A stretch of 64,000 bases of DNA from Felis catus (GCF_018350175.1 NC_058381.1:2232001-2296000); one strand, 5' to 3'. Positions 13,099 to 24,603 are shown, counted from the first letter of the stretch. Translations and numbers: made by a program. The notes: generated from the letters alone by a model not told the origin.

Positions 13099-13544
13099 GG
13101 GGTGCCCAGATGGCTCAGTCTGTTAAGCGTCTACCTCTTGGTTCCTTCTCCGGTCATGATCTCATGGTTTGAGAAGTTCGAGCCCTGCATTGGGCTCTGC
13201 CCTGGCAGCACAGAGCCTGCTTGGGATTCTCTCTCTCTTTCTCTCTCTCTCTCTGTGTCTCCGTGCACCCCTACCCCCCACCTGCACAGTGTCTTGTCTC
13301 TCTCAAAATAAACTTAAAAAACAAAATTTGTTTTATTCTTTTTTTTTTTTTTTAACATTTATTTCTGAGAGACAGAGACAGAGCACGAGCAGGGGAGGGG
13401 CAGAGAGAGAGGGAGACACAGAATCCGAAGCAGACTCCAGGCTCTGAGCTGTCAGCACAGAGCCGGAAGCGGGGCTCGAACTCACAAACTGTGAGATCAT
13501 GACAACCAAAGTCAGACACTTAACTGAGCCACCCAGGCGCCCCC
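13099..13544. mobile_element. Inverted pair of Can-SINEs (+ 13099-13329, - 13330-13544)
   Basis: Two SINE bodies tail-to-tail; outer direct repeat AAG(G/A)TTATCTGTGCCTTT at 13080-13097 and 13558-13575. Confidence 0.9.
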
Positions 13545-13744
13545 AAAAAACAAATTTAAGATTATCTGTGCCTTTTTTGAGTTTTGGATGGAAGTTGGCA
13601 AGGGTTGTTACCACTCAGTGCCCTTGTCATATCATGGAGCCTGTGCCTTAGGTCAGTGAGGACACTTCACCAATGTCTCAGGGAAATGAATCAATTAAGA
13701 CTGGCACATGACACACGGGAGGTACAGTCACACAAAGACGACAG

Positions 13745-15055
13745 CACTTTTTTTTAAGGAATAACTTGATTGAAATATAATTCACATAACATCCAATTCA
13801 ATTATTTAAAGTGTACAATTCAGTGTTTTTTAATATCTGAAGAATGGGACCATAGCTCCAATCAGTGTTAGAATATTTTCTTCAGCACAAAAGCCATACT
13901 CTGCCCCTCCCTGTACTCTTTAGCAGTCCCTCTCTGGCTCCCCATTTCCCTCTAACTTCTCAACACTAGGTGTCTACTGATCTATTTTCTGTCTCCATGG
14001 ATTTACCTATTGTGGACATGTCATGTAAGTGGAACTCTATACTATGTGGTCTTTTGTGACCGACTTTCACTTAACACGTTTCAAGGTTAATCCATGTTGT
14101 AGCATTTACCCGGTACTCCATCCTTTTTTATTGCCCTGTAATATTTCGTTGTATGGATACACCATACTCTATTTATCTATTCATCAGTTGATGGGCTCCA
14201 GGAGTTTCTGCTTTTTGGGCTATGATGAATAACGCTGCTTTGAACATTCCTGTACAAGTTTTGGTAATTGAAGTGAAATTCACATGGCATAACACTAACC
14301 ATTTTTTGTTGTTGTTGTTGTTTTTTAACATTTATTTATTTTTGAGACAGAGAGAGACAGAGCATGAACGGGGGAGGGTCAGAGAGAGGGAGACACAGAA
14401 CCTGAAACAGGCTCCAGGCTCTGAGCTGTCAGCACAGAGCCCCACGCGGGGCTTGAACGCACGGACCGCGAGATCATGACCTGACCCGATGTCGGCCGCT
14501 TAACCGAATGAGCCACCTAGGCGCCCCAACACTAACCATTTTTAGATCAATGAAGTGCCAGTTAGAGCACTGGGTGTTGTGCAATCCCCACCTTCACCTA
14601 ATTCTGAAACGCTTCATCATTCCAAAATAAAACCCCCTGCTCATTATCCCCACTCCCTGGTCCCCTCATCCCCCAGCACCTGGCAACCCCCAATCTACTT
14701 TCTGCCTCTAGGATTTACCTATTCTGGATAGTTCTTGCCATTCAAATCATAGGGTATGTGACCTTTTTTGTCTGACTTCTTTTACTTAGCATAATATTTT
14801 TGAAGTTCATCTAGTGGAAGCAGGTATTAGTACTTCATTCCTGTTTTGTGACTGAATAATATTCCATTGTACACCCCCCCCCCCTTTATCCATTCCTCTG
14901 CTGATGGATACTTGGGTTGTTCCTACCTTCTGACTACTGTGAATAACGCTGTTGTGAATATTTTCCTGCAAAGATTTAAGTAGCTTTTTTTTTTTTTTTT
15001 TTTAATGATTTGGGGCATACACCTAGGAGAGTTGTTGGATCATATGGACAAACAC
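13745..15055 (-). mobile_element. Ancient L1M (LINE-1) 3'-end fragments, interrupted by a Can-SINE at 14302-14527
   Basis: Typical L1M 3' UTR motifs (ttgattgaaatataattcacataac...aaagtgtacaattcagtg; tttacctattctgga; gaataacgctg). SINE TSD AACACTAACCATTTTT at 14291 and 14528. Confidence 0.75.
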
Positions 15056-15839
15056 ATCTTTGAGAAGAGCAGGTAGGGGCTTTAAACAATGCGCCCAGAC
15101 CCTTACGGGGGGGGAGGAGGGGAGTGGTGGTTTTGCGTTTTACAAAGGAAAAGGCGGAAACTTCAGAAAGCTGAGTGGAAGGAACGGGGAGTGACAGTGG
15201 ACCACGCCGCATAAACGTATTAATTCAAGCCGGTGTTTGCGGTACGCGTCTACCAGGTCACGGGATTCTAAAACAAAACAAGAACCAGATCCAGGGTTGG
15301 GGACTCCCAGCCCAGGTATGTGGCTGCTCGTCTTCTCTACAGGACTGCTGCCCGCCTGGTTTGCGGAAGCAAAGCAGGTGGCCACGAGGGTAGTGCCGGA
15401 AACCTGGAAACTGGAAGAAGACCACAGAGTTGCGGGAAAAGCGGCAGCTTTCTTCCCTAGGAGGAGAGCCAGAGAAATAAACCGCGAGAGACGGGTTGTC
15501 CCCTGCTTCGTGGTCGCCTTCCACGACCTGGAGAGCGTCAGCGGACCGTAACACGCCAGTCTGCTTTAGAGTTTTCCCAGGGTGCTCGCAGACAACTGCT
15601 GTGGAGCAGCCGGGGGGCCGGGATCGGGGAGAAATAAATGCCTTGCGAAGCTCCCTAGAGCTCAGCCGTACGGCAGCCGCCCAGGCGGCCCCGCACCCAG
15701 GGAATCGACAAGATGGTGGCCGCGACCCGGGCGCTCTAGCTCCCGGGCGAAACTCTATGGCAGGCCCGAGGCCGGGAGGTGAAGCTGAGATGGGCGGTAA
15801 CCCGACCACACTAGCGCGCTAGGAAGCGTGAGCGGAAAG

Positions 15840-17500
15840 AGCTCTTGCGCGCATGCGTGGACGGGGGGGGGGGGGGGGATGGGCTTTGAGACGAGGGGCC
15901 CACCCCGCAATGCAAGTTTTCTGAAACGTGTGAGTCGTTTAAGTCCAGTTAAAGCCGAGGTGGGGCGTTCCCAAGACGCATGCGTCCTAGCCGAGCCCAG
16001 CGCTACAGTGGCGTGGTCTTTTCAACGCCCGGCGTACAGACGACGTCTGAGGTGGAAGGGGCGGTCAGGATCCCCAACACGCATGCGCTCTGAGGCCGAG
16101 GCGTTCCCTCCGGAGGGTGTGGAGTGCAGGGCTCCTTATTGCGCAGGCGCGAGTCCCGTCCGGTAGGGGTAGTGGTCTATCACGGGAAGGGAAGAGGAGG
16201 TTGAAGGGCTTAAAAAACCGGGTGCGCCTGCGCACTGCCTACTGGTGGGAAGCGCTCTGGGTTGGGGAGGGGCGGGGTCACGCGTACGCGTCATTGGATG
16301 GGAAGGTGGGAGGGAGGGTGGAGATCGGGNNNNNNNNNNNNNNNNNNNNNNNNNNNNNNNNNNNNNNNNNNNNNNNNNNNNNNNNNNNNNNNNNNNNNNN
16401 NNNNNNNNNNNNNNNNNNNNNNNNNNNNNNNNNNNNNNNNNNNNNNNNNNNNNNNNNNNNNNNNNNNNNNNNNNNNNNNNNNNNNNNNNNNNNNNNNNNN
16501 NNNNNNNNNNNNNNNNNNNNNNNNNNNNNNNNNNNNNNNNNNNNNNNNNNNNNNNNNNNNNNNNNNNNNNNNNNNNNNNNNNNNNNNNNNNNNNNNNCTC
16601 GGCTGGGGCTTGGGAGCGGAGATGGAACTGCTCGAGGGTCGGGGAGGGGGCAAAGGGGAGCGGCGGCGGCCGCCGCACAGGGTTCGGTCCGCGAGCGGCG
16701 CGAGGTGCGGAGAGGCGCGGGAGCGCGCCCCGGTTGGCGCGCGGGGTGACGGTTGGGGCCGGCCGGGTGACGTTGGAGCGACGCAGGGCGGGGGACGGCG
16801 AGCCGCGAGGCCGCCACGCGGGAGAGGCCGCCGGGCGGCCACGCCGGGGCGAGGGCCGGGGGCCAGATCGGCCCGGAAGGGCCAAGGTACCGGGGCCGTT
16901 GAGAACCGGGCGCCGCGCGGCCACGTGAGGTGGGGGAGGGGGCTATTCGGTGAGAGGGCAAGTGGGGGGGGGCTGGCGGCCGGCCGGAGAGGGGGGGAGG
17001 GGAGGCGGCGTGGCTCCGGCCTGGCGCGGCCTTTGAGGAGGGGGTGGCGGCGGCACCGGAAGTGTCCCCCCTACCGGAGGCTGCCCTCTGGGTCGGAGGC
17101 CGCATGGCCGAACGTGGACGGGGGCCGCATGGCAGCGCGGGGACCCCTCCCCCCAGATCCCGGCCACCGGAAGCCCCGGGAGGCCACATGGTGGGCGGGA
17201 GCCGGCAACCCCCAGCGCGGAGAGAGGTGGTCGGTCCTCGCGGGCGCCCAGGGTAGCTTGGAATTTTGGGGAGGGGGCGAAGGCTGAGGCCCGCACCTGA
17301 TCTCCCCGGAGAGCCCGCTGCGGACATATGTTAGCGTGCCCCCGCCCCATGGGCCCCTGGCGCGCTACCCCCCCCGCCCCGACTCCCCTGGGAAGTGAGG
17401 CGGCCAGCCAGGTGCGAGCAGCGCTCTCCCGTGCTGGGTGGCCGGAGAGACGGGGAGACTGAGGGCGATTGGACGGGAGCCCAGCTCTTTTCGGCCGCGC
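15840..17500 (+). promoter_or_regulatory. EIF5A CpG-island promoter region with alternative first exons (partly in the N-gap)
   Basis: CpG-dense, with five NRF1-type GCGCATGCG/GCGCAGGCGC sites (15846-16234), GC boxes and several GT donors; lies upstream of the EIF5A coding exons. Confidence 0.75.
15879..15929 (+). CDS. EIF5A: Putative alternative EIF5A first coding exon (isoform-A-like N-terminal extension)
   Basis: ATG GGC TTT GAG ACG AGG GGC CCA CCC CGC AAT GCA AGT TTT CTG AAA CGT|GTGAGT = MGFETRGPPRNASFLKR. This resembles the remembered human isoform-A extension (..SKTRRPPHRASFLKR) and ends at a consensus phase-0 donor. Confidence 0.55.
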
Positions 17501-18583
17501 CGACAGCGCCTTAAAGTCCCGAGCAGAGGAGCTCCCCGCTGTGATAGGTGCTCTTCACCTTGTCACGGTCTTCCTCCTTGTGTCTGATTTGCGGGCTCCT
17601 GCTTTCAGAGCCCCAACTCTGCCGGCCTAACAGAACTTCTGCTACTCACTACTCCCAGCGTTTTGCTTTCATTTTATTGTCATTCACGCTGCCCACTCCT
17701 CCACTTTCCACTGAGCGCACAGGCCCGGCCTGAAAAGCCGACAGGACCGGTGCATCCTGGGAAAAGGGGGAGGGCCCTCGAGGAGAGGCCGGGTTCCCGG
17801 GTTCCCTTTGGGAAACGAGATGGAGGTGTTTGGCAGGGGGAGAAGTTAGAGAACAGCTTTACTTTCTCTCCCTCGGCTGTGTCGGAAAAGGCCTGTTGGA
17901 GAGGCGGGAATCCCCCAAAGAGGCCTTGTGGTTTCCTGTACCAGTGACTGGCGCGTGTGGATCGGGTGGGGGGTGTAACAGACGGGTGGGGCCCTGTCCT
18001 CCGGTCTCCACCCTCCCCTCTCCCCGCTACGGTAGCCCCGCCCTTTTGCTGGCTCGCGGCTGCTCACCTAATTATAGCCCTGTTCTGTGTGGGGAAGAGG
18101 GGTGGTTGGTTTCAGCGGCCAGGAACACCTGAGTCTCCCCCCGCCTCCCAGGAATTAGGCGTTTGCCCATCTTGGAGATTTGGCATCCTAACTCCCCAGA
18201 GCCTTCTGTTCCCGGGCCACCCCTTTAGCTTTCAGTTGGGCTAGGGGTCCGGCTCGTGTTCCCACCACTTCATACACACGCCCCATCTTAAGGGTTTGTG
18301 GTCCCAACTCCGTATTTAACCTGGGCACTTTGACTTTCATTTAGGCGGGTGATGGAACGGAGGGCTGTTTCCAGAGAGCAGTGGGGCAGATGGAGAGCTC
18401 TGTCGACCTCCACCTCTACTGACTCCNNNNNNNNNNNNNNNNNNNNNNNNNNNNNNNNNNNNNNNNNNNNNNNNNNNNNNNNNNNNNNNNNNNNNNNNNN
18501 NNNNNNNNNNNNNNNNNNNNNNNNNNNNNNNNNNNNNNNNNNNNNNNNNNNNNNNNNNNNNNNNNNNNNNNNNNNNNNNNNNN

Positions 18584-20304
18584 TCGTGGAGATGTCTACC
18601 TCCAAGACTGGCAAGCACGGCCATGCCAAGGTTAGAATCGGGTCTCTCCGTCTCTCGCCTTCCCCACACTTCCCTCATCCGTGGGGCTCCCGGCAGCAAG
18701 CTGCCCTCAGTCCTAGTCCTCTCCGTTCCCGGAGCTCTCTTTTTACCCCCCAGTTCCTTGTGTAGTGCTCAGCCCTGGCTGCCTTCCACCTTCCCCCGGC
18801 CTTCAGCCTTTCGTTACCTCCTGTGCCCCGTCATCGCCTTGTGTCCGGTCCTCTTCCCCACTGGTGAGTCTCTTAACTTTGCCAGGTGGTCTGGTCAGCA
18901 GCTCCTTCCTTCTTGGCTTTCACTTGTGGTTTTTCTTGCCTGGGGTTCTAGTTCCCAGGCTTTCTCTAGTCCCACTACAGAGCAGCTTCCCCTGGAGGGG
19001 GCCAGCGTACCTTGAGCTTCCAGATCCCCTCCTGCCCCACGCCCCCGATCTCCGATGCAGCGTCACGCTGCGTCTCCGCCTGCCCCTCTCCCGGAGTTTC
19101 CTGAGCCTCCACCTCGCTCTCTTGGATCTGGACGTTGTGGCTAGTGCTTGTCAGTTTTTCCTGCCCTCCCAAAACTCGACCTGACTCATCCTTGCTGGGG
19201 TTCTTGTGGTTTTGTTCCCTGGTTGGTCTGTCTTCTGTTGGCTCGGGGTTCACCCGGGGTCACCCCCAACGTCTACGTCCTCGTCTGTGTTCTTTTGTGG
19301 CGTTTATTCCCTTTGCACAATTTTCTGTCCCCAAAGCCTTTTTTTCTCCGCGCTCTTCCTTTCTTGTTGCTTCCTGTTTTCCCAAGTTCACCTTTTATGC
19401 TGATGTCCAGATGCTCTTCCACATGTTCCGCCTAGAGTCCTCCCAGTCCCCTGGGCACGTCGGTCCGTGTTCTGGTAGCTCAGGGTAACTGGCTGCTTGG
19501 AGCCTGCCCTCCTGTGTTCTTTGTGCTGTCAACCCCAAAGTCAAGGGCAGTCTTTCTGCCTCCCGTTCTTAAAGGCTTTAGTGCTGCTTTGGGCTGATTG
19601 GTTTAGTTCCAGCTCCCCTGGTCTTTTCCCTGACAACTTCGTCGGACTTCCCTCACCAGTCAGGAGCACCTCGAGCCTTTCTCTTTTCCATCCTAGAGCT
19701 TGGTCGGGTTTCTCTTTCATGTGATGCACACATACAGGTCCACCTGGTTGGTATTGACATCTTTACTGGCAAGAAATACGAAGATATCTGCCCGTCGACT
19801 CATAATATGGATGTCCCCAACATCAAAAGGAATGATTTCCAGGTATGTAGGTGGGTTAGTGGTTTGTCGGTGGCCAGAGACTGACCGGGAGAGAGGGGAA
19901 CGGCCGGAGAAGGGGTTTGGTGTTAGAGGTTTGCCACCAGTTTGTCCTCAGACCCTTTATCCTCCCCCCTGCCTGGGCCAACCTGCAGCTTCCTTCCTCC
20001 TCTGCCCCCAGCTGATTGGCATCCAGGATGGGTATCTCTCGCTGCTCCAGGACAGCGGGGAGGTGCGAGAGGACCTTCGTCTGCCCGAGGGAGACCTCGG
20101 CAAGGAGATTGAGCAGAAGTATGACTGCGGAGAAGAGATCCTGGTACGCGCCCCCCCCCCCCCCCCCCCCCGGCCTGTGCCCAGCTCCTCTCCTCACACT
20201 GCTTCCTCTGACCTCATGTCTGACCTCCCCCACCCCCCCAGATCACGGTGCTGTCTGCCATGACAGAGGAGGCAGCAGTTGCAATCAAGGCCATGGCGAA
20301 ATAA
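18584..20304 (+). CDS. EIF5A: Eukaryotic translation initiation factor 5A-1 (hypusine-containing); 5' part of the first common coding exon is in the gap
   Basis: join(<18584..18630,19738..19842,20012..20143,20242..20304): [15 protein letters not shown]|[35 protein letters not shown]|[44 protein letters not shown]|[20 protein letters not shown]. Hypusine Lys50 codon at 18613-18615. All introns GT-AG. Confidence 0.98.
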
Positions 20305-21116
20305 GCGGCTCCCAGGTGAGTGTGCCGGCTGCCCGTCCCCAGCCCCTGCACGTGCTCCGCGTCCCAGACAAAACCTGCCTCGGTCCTGTTCCAGGTTCCC
20401 CTTCCTGCCCCAGCAGGGTCGCCCCCCACCATGGACAGGACAGCCCAGTCTCACCAGGCGTCTCTCCTCCCCAGGGTGGCGGTGGCGGAAGCAGTGATCC
20501 TCCAGCCTGCAGAGGCCCCCTTCCCCAGCCTGGCCCAGCTCCGGCCCGGCCCCGGGCTGGACTCCTCCTACACGATTTATTTGACGTTTTATTTTGGTTT
20601 CCCCCACACCCCCTCAATCTGTCGGGGAGCCCCTGCCCTTCATCTTGCTCCCTTGGCCAGGAGTGAGTGACCCATGGCCTTGGCGAAATTGTCCTCCTCT
20701 TCTCCCCTCGCACTACAGTCCTGGTCGGGGAGAGGGGGCGGGTGCTGCTTGTGGTTTAGTGGGTTTTGTTTGGTTTTTGTTTTCTTTCTTTTTTTCTTTT
20801 TTTTTTTTTTTTTTAATTCAATCTGGAATCAGAAAGCTGTGGATTCTGGCAAATGGTCCTTGTGCCCTTCCCCCACTCATCCCTGCTCTGGTCCCTTGTT
20901 CCCCTTGGCCCTTTACCCCAAGCACCACCCCACAGACTGGGGACCAGCCCCCTCTCCTGCCTATGTCTCTCCCCAAATCCCTTTAGCTGGGGAGGGAAGA
21001 GGAGGAGAGGGGAGGGGACCTGCCCCCTCCTCAGGCATCTGGGAGGGCCCTGCCCCCACGGGCTTCACCCTTTCCTGTGGGCTCTCTCCCCGACACATTT
21101 GTTAAAATCAAACCTG

Positions 21117-21122
21117 AATAAA
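21117..21122 (+). terminator. EIF5A polyadenylation signal AATAAA
   Basis: AATAAA at the end of the non-coding last exon (about 20475-21140). Confidence 0.8.
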
Positions 21123-21356
21123 ACTACAAGTTTAATATGAAGGCCCCAATTCAGTTGCTTCTTTGAATTGAATGGGCATTTGCGGACTGGAGGGGAGATG
21201 AGAAATCCTGTCCACCAAACTCGGCCATCCGTTCCCGGCAAGCGTTCACTTGCTGTGCATCTGCCGGCCACCCCGCCCCTCCAGAGAGCCCTGGCCGCCT
21301 CCGGGTGAGGCCACACAAACAGCAGCAGCAGCAGCCAGGGGCACTGGCAGGTAGAT

Positions 21357-21362
21357 TTTATT
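21357..21362 (-). terminator. GPS2 polyadenylation signal AATAAA
   Basis: TTTATT on +, about 70 nt downstream of the GPS2 stop codon. Confidence 0.8.
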
Positions 21363-21432
21363 GGACCGGGACACACCGGGGACCCTCACCCACGGCAGGG
21401 GGTGGGGGGAGGCTGAAGATAAAATCTGACGG

Positions 21433-22152
21433 TCACTTGTGGTAGAATCGCGGGTTCTGGCTGTGCTGGATGAAGGGGAGCCGAGGGCCAGGTTGGCTGG
21501 TAGCCGCAAAGCCCGACTGGTGGCAGGGACGAGAGGGGGGTTCGGTCAGCGAGCACCCTCTCCCTCCAAGCCCTTGAGCCCGCCCCCCCCCCCCCCCCGA
21601 GAGTGGGAAGGTGGGGGTCTGGGCGCACCTGGTTCCCGACCTTACCTTTCCCGCCGGTTGCATCTGCACGGGGAGCTGGGGAGAGGCCAGCAGTCCAGGG
21701 GCTGGATGCAGAGCTTGGGGATGCATGGGGCGCAGGGAGGACTGCGGAGAGGAGAGTCAGGACCGGAGGCAGCTGGGGGCTCCCCTGAGCACAGCGCTTC
21801 CCCCGAACTCCCAAGACCCCATGCTCTCCATACTCACAGAGTCCGAGAAGGCGGTCTGCTGGTTGGCGTGCTCCATCGGCTTCTGTAAGGACAGGGCGCC
21901 ACCCGGCTGCAGGAATCCTAGGGAGGGAAGGAGGGGGGTGTGACGCAGTCGCCGGGGGTGGGGGAGGCGGGGAGGGCAGGGTGCTCGCACAGGGGTGTCG
22001 TCACCTGTCTGGGTGGGCTGGAAGTGGCCGTGCACTGCGTAGGGCTGTGGCTGGGGCTGCGACAGGTACTGCACTGCGGGGAACGCCGAAGGTGCTGAGG
22101 AAGGGACGACGCACGGCCATCAGAGCCTCCTCATCTGGGTCTTGCCAGAGTG

Positions 22153-22185
<33 letters not shown>

Positions 22186-23685
22186 ACCACTCACCTCTGA
22201 GCTGCTGGCTAGGGCTATAGGCCGGCTGCGTGGGGCCATAGTGCGGCGGGGGCTGAGCGGTCCCATAGGCACCGCCGGGGCTGCCTTGGAATTGACCGTG
22301 CTCTGGGGTCCCTGCGAAAGCCGCCGCTGAGCCCACGTAATGCCGAGTCTGAGGAGGGAGGACGAGAGCTGGCCGCTGTAAACTCCGAGGCGGGACCTCA
22401 GGGGCCCACCGTGCCCGGCTTTCCCCCACACCGTGAAGGGTCCGACGCCAGTAACGCCCATCATTTGAGTGCTGGGTCACTAAGGGCGCCTAGGTGTGGG
22501 TGGGAGAGGTCGGGGAAGAACAGGGCCGGACGCCCCATCCTACTCCTTACTGTAAGCACTTGGGGCCCGAACATCTGTTTGGCCCTGTCAGCCGCCATGA
22601 GGGTGCCTGGGCGATTGTGTCCTCCAGGGCTCCCTAGGGAGGGACAGGGGCTTCATGAGGCCGGAAGGGGTGGCTGTGACCCCCAGGAGGGCCCGTTTGG
22701 ACACGCGGTCTCTCCACTCCTCACCCTGCATGCTGAGGAGGTGCGTTCCCGTGTGGACGGTCAGGCTCTGCTGGTACGCAGCTGATGTCAGAGTGGTCAG
22801 GTCACTGGGGCGAAAGGCGGGCGCGTCAGAGTCGGGGACAAGCGCCCCCTTTTGCCCCTAGACGCCGGTCGTTGTCACCCGATCCCAGTTACACCCTGCC
22901 CCGATAAATTTATTTTTAGCTCTCCAGTCCCACCTCTGCTCCTTTCGCCTCCGTTTCTCCTCCTCGTGTAAAACTTTCTTGAGCTGCAAGAAAAGCTGGT
23001 GCTTCTCCTCTTGTAAGGCCAAGAGCTTCTCCTGCAATTTCAGGATCTGAGAAGCAAGGGGAGCAGAGATGAAGGCAAGAGGGCCAGAGGGAAAGCGCTG
23101 TGAGAGATCAGGGGACTCGCTCACTTGCTCCTTGGTCTCCTCCAGAGACATTCTCTCTTCCATCTCCTTTTTCTTTCTCCTCTCCTGCTCCTCCTTCATC
23201 TTCTGTTCCATCATCTTGTCCACCTCTTCCTCTTCTGGAGAGAGAGTCGGGCAGAATGGGAAAACGGCAGGGTGGGTAACAAAGCGGCCTGTTGCGCACC
23301 GCGGGCCAGCGAGGCCTGGTCACCACGATGCTCCTCGTGCCTATCTCGGCAATGGCTCTTTCCCCGCGGAGGGGGCAGGCGGGTGGGTCTAGTAGGTGCT
23401 CTCCAAGGTCCTTCCCGACCCAAGGGTTCTGGAGCGGAGACCCGGCCTCCGGCTTCCACCACCCGCAGGGCTGTCTCATCCTTCCTGCGGCGCGGCCGCG
23501 GCGGCGCGCTGCACGGCCCGGGGTGGAGGCCTGCTCCGGGGAAGCGGCGCCTCCCCGGGGCCCTGTGTCCTCCCGCTCGGGCCCGGCTCACCTTGCCGCT
23601 TGCGCTCCCGCTCCATCATGATGTGCCGGTGCAACGCCCGGGCCATGGCGTTGGAAAGCTTGGGGCGCTCCAGGAGCGCGGGCAT
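21433..23685 (-). CDS. GPS2: G protein pathway suppressor 2 (NCoR/SMRT-HDAC3 complex subunit), 327 aa
   Basis: complement(join(21433..21516,21646..21741,21838..21917,22005..22094,22195..22348,22551..22633,22725..22804,22934..23046,23125..23234,23592..23685)) = 984 nt; MPALLERPKLSNAMARALHRHIMMERERKRQEEEEVDKMME...PFIQHSQNPRFYHK*. All introns GT-AG. Confidence 0.98.
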
Positions 23686-23754
23686 GATGCCGCCGGGGGC
23701 GCTCGGGCCGTGGGCGCCCGGCTCTGTCACTGACTGCCAGACCTCGGACCGGGC

Positions 23755-24300
23755 CTACCGGGAGGCGGGCGCTCAGGGCGAATCGCGCCCGGCCGGCAGA
23801 GGCGGAAGCCCTCCCGCCGCCCCCCTCCGCCCGGCCGGCCCCGGGGGTCCCCGCGTGCGCCGGCGGGCCGGGGTCTCCAGCCTCGGCGCTGCCCGCCCCC
23901 CGGCCCCTCCCTACCCGCCTGCTCTGCGCTTTCTCCGCGGCTCCTGCGCGCCTCGGCCGCGCGTCACATCCGGCCGCCGGGCCGACTCCTTCCGGAGCCG
24001 GGGCGGCCGCCGGCCTCGCGGGTCGGGCGCAGGGAAGGGCGGAAGCGGCCGCGACGGGTGCCGGCGGCGGTCAAACCCCGTCGCCGCGGCCCGCGCCCCC
24101 GGCGGGGCGGGCCCGGGGCTCGCGGGGGCGGTGCGCGCGCGCGCGCGAGAAACAGGCCGAGGCGCGCGCTCCGGGACGGCGTTTATTGGCTGCTTGGAAA
24201 CCCGCGTCCGTAACAACTGTACAGAGGCCCGCCTTCCCCGCGAGCGCCCTCCCACCACCCGGCGGCCCGGGAAGCGGCGGCCCGGAGGGGGATCCGGGCT
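23755..24300 (-). promoter_or_regulatory. GPS2 CpG-island promoter and non-coding exon 1
   Basis: CpG island with GC boxes and a CCAAT box; candidate donor near 23915 and acceptor near 23754. Confidence 0.6.
24182..24187 (-). terminator. NEURL4 polyadenylation signal AATAAA (overlaps a CCAAT box)
   Basis: Minus strand reads GCAGCCAATAAACG; first canonical hexamer I found downstream of the NEURL4 stop at 24604. Confidence 0.65.
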
Positions 24301-24603
24301 GCTCGGGATTCACAGTAACAGGAACGAAAACGGAAATAAATTAAGTGGTACGGGGGAGGGAGTCCGGGGAGTCGTGCTCCCCAAGTCAGTGCATGAAAGG
24401 GGGGGCTGCCGGGCCCGGCTCCCGCTCGTCCGCCGCGCGGTCGGGGATGGCTCTGCTGCCGCGGGCGCGGGAGGCAGGACTCGAGCTCCAGGGCCCCCTG
24501 CCTGTCCGGGCCCCGCGCGCGCGTGCCGGGGCGATCGTCGTCGGTCGTCACTCGGAGTCCCGGGCCCAGGGCCCCGCTGTGCTTGTCATCGCCAGGCGGC
24601 CCC

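Noticed and set aside
4609-14479. Recurrent ORFs such as [13 protein letters not shown]...[17 protein letters not shown] and tRNA-like A/B boxes
   Set aside because: These are translations of Can-SINEs; the tRNA similarity is the SINE head, not a tRNA gene.
16117-17327. ORFs containing X runs (also 18288-18765 and 60052-60791)
   Set aside because: Artefacts of N-gaps; only the EIF5A fragment at 18584-18630 is real coding sequence.
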